A program made the translations under genes and the position numbers. The notes under the pieces are model-generated. The model was not told the DNA's origin and ran no database searches. It saw nothing but the letters and a program-made list of their open reading frames with translations. 64,000 nucleotides of DNA from Candidatus Eiseniibacteriota bacterium (GTDB lineage Bacteria > Eisenbacteria > RBG-16-71-46): the NCBI GenBank assembly GCA_036522895.1, contig DATDEX010000279.1, positions 5,793-69,792 on the forward strand, read 5' to 3'. This document shows positions 57,947 to 64,000 of the stretch, piece by piece. The stretch's first letter is position 1. Each line of letters opens with the position of its first letter.

Positions 57947-59113
57947 TTGAACGGCGATGCACAGATGAACTCGTGGAGACATGCAATGGGTACGGTTTTC
58001 GGTCCGACGGTGTACATCCTTGGTGCCGGTGCTTCGGTGCACTCGGGCGCACCACTGCTGGGTGACTTCTTGGCGGCGTCAAGACATGTCTATCACTCCG
58101 GTACGCCAGAGACAGTTGCGCACTATCACGAGATGGCGGAGTTCTTCGGGCATCTCGACGGGATGCGGAGCGTCGCCTACTACGTCGATTCCGATTTTGA
58201 CAATCTGGAAGAGGTCTTCTCACTCTTGGAGATGGGGAAGCAACTGGGCGACAATCAGAGCGTCGATCAGATCGCGCGACTCAGGTGGTCAATCTACGAG
58301 ACCCTCGACGCGACGACGCGCGTCAGAATGAAAGAAGGCAAGCAGATTCCGGATTCCGTCTACATGGAGTTCGTAAACCAGTTCAAGAAGCTCAATGAAG
58401 AGCGTCGGACGCGGGCACGGACGCCAAGTTTGGGAACTGTCAGTGATACGATTGTGACCTTCAACTACGACGTCTTGCTCGACCACGCGCTTGAGGCGGG
58501 ACAGGTTCCGGTAACCTATGGACTATTGCCAGATCGGGAAGACGGCGTGCAACTGCTTAAGCTTCATGGGTCGCTGAACTGGGGTGTCTGCACGGACTGC
58601 AATGGGGCCCCTCAGATTGTGTCACCGAGTAGTGATGCGTGGATCGGGACGCCGAGACTCGACCCGTTACCCGGAGCGAACATTGAACTGCGGCTTGCAA
58701 CAAAGATCCTGCCCGGCACAAAGTGTCGGCAATGCGGGAGGACCGACAGGCTGGAGCCCGTCATGGTGCCTCCGACCTGGTCGAAGCTGATTGCCGGGTC
58801 GCCGTTGGTGCCGGTCTGGACGCACGCGGTGGAAGCTCTCAAGACGGCATATCAAGTCATTATTGTAGGTTACTCGATGCCGACGACGGATACGTTCCTT
58901 CGATATCTTTTTGCTCTAGGGCTCCGGGCGAATCCTTGGTTTAGCCGCGTTGTTGTCGTCAACCCTGACAAGTCGGCCGGCTTTCGCTCACGGTACGAGG
59001 CGGTCTTCGGCAGAGCGCTTGGCTCTCGCGGAAAGCTCATATTCGTGGATCAGGTGAACTTCGAGGACTTCGTTTCGAAGGGCGAAATGGGCAGGATAGG
59101 TCGAAACATGTAA
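57947..59113 (+). CDS. stand-alone SIR2-like (SIR2_2 family) domain protein with Zn-ribbon
   Basis: 388 aa with the motifs 'VYILGAGASV', 'TFNYDVLLDHAL' (catalytic Asn context), 'LKLHGSLNW' (catalytic His context) and 'VIIVGYSMPTTD'. A CxxC..CxxC pair (CTDCNG...CRQCG) is inserted in the domain. Confidence 0.65.
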   Translation: MNGDAQMNSWRHAMGTVFGPTVYILGAGASVHSGAPLLGDFLAASRHVYHSGTPETVAHYHEMAEFFGHLDGMRSVAYYVDSDFDNLEEVFSLLEMGKQLGDNQSVDQIARLRWSIYETLDATTRVRMKEGKQIPDSVYMEFVNQFKKLNEERRTRARTPSLGTVSDTIVTFNYDVLLDHALEAGQVPVTYGLLPDREDGVQLLKLHGSLNWGVCTDCNGAPQIVSPSSDAWIGTPRLDPLPGANIELRLATKILPGTKCRQCGRTDRLEPVMVPPTWSKLIAGSPLVPVWTHAVEALKTAYQVIIVGYSMPTTDTFLRYLFALGLRANPWFSRVVVVNPDKSAGFRSRYEAVFGRALGSRGKLIFVDQVNFEDFVSKGEMGRIGRNM

Positions 59114-59157
59114 GCCGCACGCCTGCTCTCCCTTCCGACTTCGCAACATTTGCTGGG

Positions 59158-59649
59158 CTAGGCCGACTTCCTCGAGTAAAGAACGCGTCCGTGTTTCGCG
59201 ACGAATGCTAGTGGAATCTTGGGGTTGTTGATGTCCTTCGCCCCGTCGCTGTGCCACTTCATCTCCCACTTGGTGTAGAAGGGTTCTAACTGTTCGGGGG
59301 AGACATGATAGACCGCCTCGAGCTCGATGCCATCGTAGACTGCGAAAACCCATGGCACCCGACGATACTTGGCTATGATCGTCGGGTTCATGTGGTGGTG
59401 CGTTGAGAAGCTGCGGGTCAGGTTGATGTTCACTGACTTCAGCTCGTACTCGACTCCGTCAGCATCCCGGGCGTCGTTGCCCTCGCGGCCGGGAATGCCA
59501 ACTAGCCCGGTGAGCAGAAGTACCTGAAGGATCTTGCCCCCGTTGTCCTGGAATACGTCTCCGATGCCATGCTTCGACGCAAGGGACTGAAAAGCCTGCA
59601 CGTAAGGCCAAAGGCGCTCTAGTTCCTTGAAGTCTGGATGCGGCTTCAA
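59158..59649 (-). CDS. type II restriction endonuclease, PvuII-like (PD-(D/E)xK)
   Basis: 163 aa. '[17 protein letters not shown]...[22 protein letters not shown]...STHHHMNP' corresponds closely, from memory of R.PvuII, to its catalytic D58/E68/K70 region and HHH motif. It lies next to a C protein and divergent from a beta-class methyltransferase, as in the pvuII operon. Confidence 0.7.
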   Translation of the reverse strand: MKPHPDFKELERLWPYVQAFQSLASKHGIGDVFQDNGGKILQVLLLTGLVGIPGREGNDARDADGVEYELKSVNINLTRSFSTHHHMNPTIIAKYRRVPWVFAVYDGIELEAVYHVSPEQLEPFYTKWEMKWHSDGAKDINNPKIPLAFVAKHGRVLYSRKSA

Positions 59650-59882
59650 CGCCCTGCACCCTCAAGCAACTCCCTTAGCGAGACGCGTAAGGCCCGGGCC
59701 AGACGCTCCATGTTGTCGATCGACACGTTTCGCTCAGCCCGTTCGACCGACCCCACGTAGGTGCGGTGGAGGCCCGCAAGCGCCGCTAAGTCCTCCTGGG
59801 AAAGCAAGCGGTCGTGGCGGATGCGCCGGAGGTTTGCTGCAAAGATTTCGCGTGCGCGGTGAGCGCGATCGTGGGCTACCAT
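59646..59882 (-). CDS. R-M controller (C) protein, XRE-family HTH (C.PvuII-like)
   Basis: 78 aa. '[48 protein letters not shown]' is a classic C-protein HTH. Its stop overlaps the endonuclease start (ATGA). Confidence 0.75.
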   Translation of the reverse strand: MVAHDRAHRAREIFAANLRRIRHDRLLSQEDLAALAGLHRTYVGSVERAERNVSIDNMERLARALRVSLRELLEGAGR

Positions 59883-59914
59883 GGCGGCGACAATGTGACG
59901 TTGACGACTCTTGG

Positions 59915-59942
59915 TCTACAGACTATAAGTAGCGTTCCCTGA
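59915..59942 (-). promoter_or_regulatory. C-box-like operator palindromes upstream of the C gene
   Basis: GTCTACAGAC and GACTATAAGT(A) (GACT..AGTC-type half-sites) sit 35-60 bp upstream of the C gene start, in the divergent C/M intergenic region. Confidence 0.4.
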
Positions 59943-59953
59943 GGAGGAGCCCA

Positions 59954-60970
59954 TTGGCCATGCGCAGCAAGGAACGTGAGCGGAGGCGGCGAGAGCCCGC
60001 GTACTTCACCGAGCTAGGGCAGGCGTATAGCGGTGATTCAATCGAGTTGCTTACCGAGCTCCCTGACGACTCGGTCAATCTCGTACTTACGAGTCCGCCC
60101 TTTGCGCTGCAAAGAAAGAAGGCGTACGGAAACAAGGACCAGTCCGAGTACATCGACTGGTTGGTTGAGTTTGCCCGGGTTGTGCATACAAAGCTTCGCC
60201 CCGATGGGAGTTTTGTTCTGGATCTCGGTGGGGCATACCAGAAGGGAGTTCCAGCAAGAAGCCTTTACAACTTTCGGGTGCCAATTCGCTTGTGCGATGA
60301 GTTGGGCTTCTTTTTGGCCGAGGACTTCTATTGGTTCAACCCGTCAAAGCTCCCCAGCCCCATTGAGTGGGTGAACAAGCGGAAGATCCGCGCGAAGGAT
60401 TCAGTCAATAACGTGTGGTGGTTTGGGAAGACAGAGTGGCCTAAGGCGGACGTGTCTAGGGTGCTCACAGAGTACAGCGATCGGATGAAGAAGCTGATCG
60501 CCGATCCGTCAGGATTCTACACGCCAAAGAAGCGCCCCTCTGGGCACGACATCAGTGGCCAGTTTGGACGCGACAACGGCGGAGCAATCCCGTCCAATCT
60601 CTTGTCAATCCCTAACTCGGAGTCGAATGGGCGCTACTTGGAAGGTTGCCGTGTAATGTCAATCGCTGGGCACCCGGCGAGATTCCCGGCGAAGCTGCCG
60701 GAGTTCTTCATCAAGTTCTTGACGGATCCGAACGACCTGGTTGTCGACATCTTCGCTGGGTCGAACACAACTGGAGCAGTTGCGGAGGCGCTGGGCCGAA
60801 GGTGGATTAGCTACGACCTTTCCCTTGAGTATCTGGCGGCGTCGACCTTCAGGTTTGCGAGCTCTGGGACTTCTGTGGAGCAGATGCAAGTAGTCCACGA
60901 TCGTGTGCTCAAGGGGAAGTCCGTGAACCTCGATGTGCTCGATCACGCCCCCCGGCTCTCCCTGGGGTAG
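59954..60970 (+). CDS. beta-class N4/N6 amino DNA methyltransferase (M.PvuII-like)
   Basis: 338 aa. Motif IV SPPF (aa about 47) precedes motif I 'DIFAGSNTTG' near the C-terminus (beta permutation). Its size and divergent arrangement match pvuIIM. The called start is TTG at 59954, with an alternative ATG at 59960 and a GAGGAGG SD upstream. Confidence 0.8.
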   Translation: MAMRSKERERRRREPAYFTELGQAYSGDSIELLTELPDDSVNLVLTSPPFALQRKKAYGNKDQSEYIDWLVEFARVVHTKLRPDGSFVLDLGGAYQKGVPARSLYNFRVPIRLCDELGFFLAEDFYWFNPSKLPSPIEWVNKRKIRAKDSVNNVWWFGKTEWPKADVSRVLTEYSDRMKKLIADPSGFYTPKKRPSGHDISGQFGRDNGGAIPSNLLSIPNSESNGRYLEGCRVMSIAGHPARFPAKLPEFFIKFLTDPNDLVVDIFAGSNTTGAVAEALGRRWISYDLSLEYLAASTFRFASSGTSVEQMQVVHDRVLKGKSVNLDVLDHAPRLSLG

Positions 60971-61100
60971 TCAGCTCTGGGGAACAGCCTCAGGCCTCTC
61001 TTGGCCATAGTCCGCAAAGCTGAAACCGAGGGAATCGGCGGGAGTTCCTGAGAGTCCGCTTCAAACAGTCATTGCCGCGAGCCGTATCGCGACAAATACT

Positions 61101-61144
61101 GCGGGTGCCGTCGATATGCCGACGGCACCCGTTTCGTTGTTCGG
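61101..61144 (+). terminator. rho-independent terminator-like hairpin (alternatively a Rep origin hairpin)
   Basis: A perfect 11-bp stem gggtgccgtcg/cgacggcaccc with a 6-nt loop, followed by gtttcgttgtt. It lies 130 bp after the methyltransferase gene and 45 bp before the Rep gene. Confidence 0.45.
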
Positions 61145-61186
61145 CAAGGGCATCCGGAGTGGCATGGCCAGGGAAGGGCATCGAGG

Positions 61187-62215
61187 ATGGGAAGCCAGGC
61201 CTACGGGATGCGGCTGTATCGGTACGGGATTGAGCTCAGGGGCGACGGGAGGAGAAGGGAACGGCTACCAGGCGGGCACGTCGTGATCGTTCGGCAAGAG
61301 GGCAAGTCGTCGTTCCGTGGGAAGATTCGGGCGTGGTCAGAGGCGAGCGCGAAGCGGCTCGCCCTCATTGCGGCCAACGCGGAACTGTTCTTCGGCTCTC
61401 ATGTCACGCTGACCTACCGCGCCGCCCAGGAGTCGTGGGAGACCGCAGGCGATCGGAATCGCCGATTCGTCCGGCGGTGCAAGGCGGACCTGCATAGGTT
61501 CCTGAGGGCCCTGCGAGCTGAGCTCGGGGAATATCTGTGGGTCCGGGAGTTCCAGGAGCGGGGAGTGGTCCACTACCACGTGCTGGCCCAGCATGAGGTA
61601 CCCGAAGCGAGGGCTGCGGAGGCCTGGGCGCGTGCGTCGGGGCAGTTCGGCGACGAGGCAGTATTGCGGCACGGCGTGAAGGTCGACGCGATCCAAAGTC
61701 AAAGGGGGGCGAGGCACTACCTGGGGAAGTACATCGGGAAGGAAAAGCAGAAGGGGTTGCCCGCGGGCGTTGATGGTGCGGGGCGCTGGTGGGGTCGGTC
61801 GCGAGGCCTTCGGTTGGCGCTGCTGGAAGACATCGTGTGGCTCGATCGAGGCGACATGTTCAGGCGTCCGGCCCAACTTCGAATCGTTCGGGGCCTGCGC
61901 GGATACATACAGCGTCGGTTCCGACGACGGTACCGAGGCGCCGCGTTCCTCGATTTCGGCGGCGCGCTGTCAGCGAAGTTGGTTGAGCTGGCGGCGCGGT
62001 TGCGCGAGTTCTACGGATGGAGTCCCAGCTTGGTCGAGCGACTGGAGAGGAGCGGTTGGGAAGTGATTCAGGAAGGGACTGAGGATGGACATGCAGCGGC
62101 TAGTGTCGAGGATCAAGCAGCATCAGTTGGAGAAGAGGCAGAAGGAGTTGGAGCGGAGACAGGAAGCGATGGCAGAGGCGCTCAGCAAGCGAAGCTCTGG
62201 CCCGCGACCCGATAA
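61187..62215 (+). CDS. HUH-superfamily replication initiator (Rep, AICE/pSAM2 RepSA-like)
   Basis: 342 aa with HUH motif 'GVVHYHVLAQ' and catalytic Tyr motif 'RHYLGKYIGK'. Confidence 0.6.
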   Translation: MGSQAYGMRLYRYGIELRGDGRRRERLPGGHVVIVRQEGKSSFRGKIRAWSEASAKRLALIAANAELFFGSHVTLTYRAAQESWETAGDRNRRFVRRCKADLHRFLRALRAELGEYLWVREFQERGVVHYHVLAQHEVPEARAAEAWARASGQFGDEAVLRHGVKVDAIQSQRGARHYLGKYIGKEKQKGLPAGVDGAGRWWGRSRGLRLALLEDIVWLDRGDMFRRPAQLRIVRGLRGYIQRRFRRRYRGAAFLDFGGALSAKLVELAARLREFYGWSPSLVERLERSGWEVIQEGTEDGHAAASVEDQAASVGEEAEGVGAETGSDGRGAQQAKLWPATR

Positions 62216-62219
62216 TCGA

Positions 62220-62375
62220 ATGACGACGAAAGAAGCCGCGGAAATGCTGCGGGTCCACCCAAAGTCCGTGGGCCTGTGGCGCAAGCGCCGGAATCTACCT
62301 TCCAAGAAGAATGGTCGAAGCGTAGTGTTCATCCGTGGCGACGTCCTTCAGTGGCAGGCTCTGCAGGAGAGCTGA
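62220..62375 (+). CDS. excisionase/MerR-like small HTH DNA-binding protein (Xis)
   Basis: 51 aa (MTTKEAAEMLRVHPKSVGLWRKRRNLPSKKNGRSVVFIRGDVLQW). It lies between Rep and the integrase, and its stop overlaps the integrase start (TGATG). Confidence 0.5.
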   Translation: MTTKEAAEMLRVHPKSVGLWRKRRNLPSKKNGRSVVFIRGDVLQWQALQES

Positions 62376-63357
62376 TGCCGAAACTGCCGAGGGGGATGTT
62401 TCTGAGGAAGGGGCGCGGGTACTACACGCGCCGCTGGACGGACGGGAATGATCGCTGGCTCGCGTTGGGCCCGGACTTCGACGAGGCGTGCCGCAAGCTT
62501 CGGAATGCCGAGCGAAGCGAGGTGCCGGTGGTCCGGCTCACCCTGAAAGAGGCGGCTGCCAAGTGGCTCGAAACCTACGTGGCCAAGAATCGGGCGCCTA
62601 AACAACGGGTGAAGGCCGCTCAACGGGTGCGTGACTACTTCGAGCCGTTCATGGGTTACAAGCTGCTCTCGCGGGTCGACAAAGAAGACCTGCGGGCGAT
62701 GCGCCTATGGTTGAAGAGGCAAGAGAAGAAGCCGCTTTCGGTGCGCCACATCCTGGCCGACGTGAAGTGCTTCTTCCGATGGTGCGAGGACGCGAGCTGG
62801 CTGGACCGGGCCCCGATCCAACACCGGTTGCTTCCCAAGTCGCAGGAGCGCCCGCCGGATCGTCTGGACGATGCCGATGTGGAGCGCCTGTTGTCGGTGC
62901 CGGAGCCTTACGCATTCATCGTGCGGCTGGCATTGGGAACCGGACTTCGCTGGGGCGAGCTCGCGAGGCTCAACAGCAACGACCTGGAAGTGGCGCGTTC
63001 CGAGGGGGAAGTACGCAGGGCATCCTCGTGGTGCGTCACACCAAGTCGTGGCGAGTTCGCAGGATTCCGTTGCAACGAGCGCTCTACGATGAACTGCGGA
63101 TGCGGGTCGGTCGGTTTCTGCCGATCATCAATCCGTTGGGCTTCGCTCGCATGGTGCGACGGTATTCAGGCGTCGCGACGTTCCACGCGCATCAGCTACG
63201 GCACACATTCGCGTGCCGCTGGCTGGAACGCGGCGGCGGCCTCGCGGCGCTGCAACAAATGCTCGGCCACTCGTCCATCGTGACGACGCAGCGCTGTGCG
63301 CGAATCAGCGACGACATGGTGCGGCGGGACGTGGAGAGGTTGGAGGCGGTGAGGTGA
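62375..63357 (+). pseudogene. tyrosine recombinase/integrase, frameshifted and with catalytic Tyr replaced by Cys
   Basis: The N-terminal frame (ORF 62276..63283 from MPKLPRG) carries the core-binding domain. The frame switches at a GGGGG run about 63004-63011 to ORF 62707..63357, which carries 'HQLRHTFACRWLERGGGLAALQQMLGHSSIVTTQRCARISDD'. The HxxR is present, but the expected catalytic Y reads C. Confidence 0.65.
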
Positions 63358-63617
63358 AATCCGAAGGGGCGCGTCCAAGCCGGATCCGTACGGTCCTGGT
63401 CATTGCAGGCCGGGTCCTGCTGGTATGGGCGTCGCTGTATATTGCCGGGTTCGGATGCACCTCATTGGTGTTCTCTAGCGGACAGCAGTGGCAGGTGTAC
63501 GTACCGTCGCTCGTGTTGGCCGTGGTCACCATGTGGCTGGCGACTCGTGGGCTTCCTCTGCGTCGGGCGAAAGCAGTAGGGGCGCCACCGGAGGCCAATC
63601 TGAAGCCGGATCTGTAG
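63354..63617 (+). CDS. small hypothetical membrane protein (GTG start overlapping integrase stop)
   Basis: ORF 63213..63617. From GTG about 63354 it gives 'VKSEGARPSRIRTVLVIAGRVLLVWASLYIAGFG...' with 2 TM helices. Its stop TAG lies inside the 'ctgtagcca' motif of repeat copy 3. Confidence 0.2.
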   Translation: MKSEGARPSRIRTVLVIAGRVLLVWASLYIAGFGCTSLVFSSGQQWQVYVPSLVLAVVTMWLATRGLPLRRAKAVGAPPEANLKPDL

Positions 63618-63710
63618 CCAGTGACCCTCCGCCGGGTTGCGCGACGCCGCTAACTCGTGTAACTACACCGGCGGAGAGGTGCGAGAGTGGTTGAATCGGG
63701 CGGTCTCGAA
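63611..63710 (+). repeat. conserved ~100-bp module, copy 3 (downstream of integrase)
   Basis: 'tctgtagccagtgaccctccgccg...ctcgtgtaactacacc...gcGGAGAGGTGCGAGAGTGGTTGAATCGGGCGGTCTCGAA'. Confidence 0.6.
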
Positions 63711-63773
63711 ACGGGAAGCGCCCATATTGCTAACGAACTCACGAAGACGTGTCGCCACTTGATATTACGCGAC

Positions 63774-63815
63774 GGCCCAAGAGATTGTAGCCTCTTGGGC
63801 CTCGTCGTTTTCGTG
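63774..63815 (+). terminator. rho-independent terminator-like hairpin
   Basis: ggcccaagag / ctcttgggcc 10-bp stem with a 7-8-nt loop, followed by tcgtcgttttcg. Confidence 0.5.
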
Positions 63816-64000
63816 GACATGGATGGACACAAATGGACAATAAACCACGGCATTCCAGTAGCAGATCAGTAGCAGGGCAGATTCGATGCAGACGAGGTCC
63901 CCTGCCAAAGGCGGCTGCGGCTGCGCGCCCCCTCGATGGATATCAGGCCGAATGGGCCTAGGGCGTTACGCGATGTCATCGAGTTCGCCCTATCGGTGTC

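Noticed and set aside
63870-64000. Possible start of another gene or att partner at the window edge
   Set aside because: It is too close to the window end to evaluate, and no motif is visible.

Overview
This is a 64 kb high-GC (~68-70%) bacterial chromosomal window. Its gene content suggests Gemmatimonadota or Acidobacteriota: PadR-regulator-plus-ADOP/FtsX-like-permease pairs, a CarboxypepD_reg TonB-dependent receptor, a T9SS/FlgD-like C-terminal sorting domain and a BNR/Asp-box giant protein.

- Positions 1-24,000 are mostly housekeeping and accessory metabolism. They carry DoxX, YciI-like and HicB-like genes, a ChrB pair, a YVTN beta-propeller protein, an MFS transporter, a 1553-aa Ig-like surface protein, a thiolase, an M20 dipeptidase, Fic, a prolyl-aminopeptidase-like hydrolase, an SDR, a BNR protein, and PadR with an ADOP permease.
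- Positions 24,100-27,600 form a lower-GC islet with two overlapping hypothetical secreted proteins.
- Positions 27,600-40,500 form one co-directional (minus-strand) alpha-glucan/sugar uptake locus. In transcription order it holds a substrate-binding protein, two ABC permeases, an ABC ATPase, a TonB-dependent receptor, an uncharacterised (alpha/alpha)6-like glycoside hydrolase, a sodium:solute symporter and a GH15 hydrolase.
- Positions 42,200-44,400 hold a Sel1-repeat gene built from about 19 near-identical 108-bp tandem repeats. It is interrupted by a single in-frame TAG.
- Positions 50,460-64,000 form a lower-GC mobile and defence island built from tandemly accreted integrative elements.
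  - It contains three tyrosine-integrase 3' ends: two remnants and one frameshifted, Tyr-to-Cys copy. Each is followed by a conserved ~100-bp module and a hairpin.
  - Its cargo is an Mrr-like nuclease, a tightly overlapped three-gene operon (HARE-HTH protein, unknown protein, MORC/HSP90-like GHKL ATPase), a degenerate IS3 element, a stand-alone SIR2-like protein, a complete PvuII-like C/R/M restriction-modification system with C-box-like operators, a HUH Rep, an excisionase and the integrase.

The three-gene HARE-HTH/unknown/GHKL-ATPase operon and the stand-alone SIR2 are the best candidates for an undescribed defence system. No rRNA, tRNA or CRISPR arrays were found by eye.
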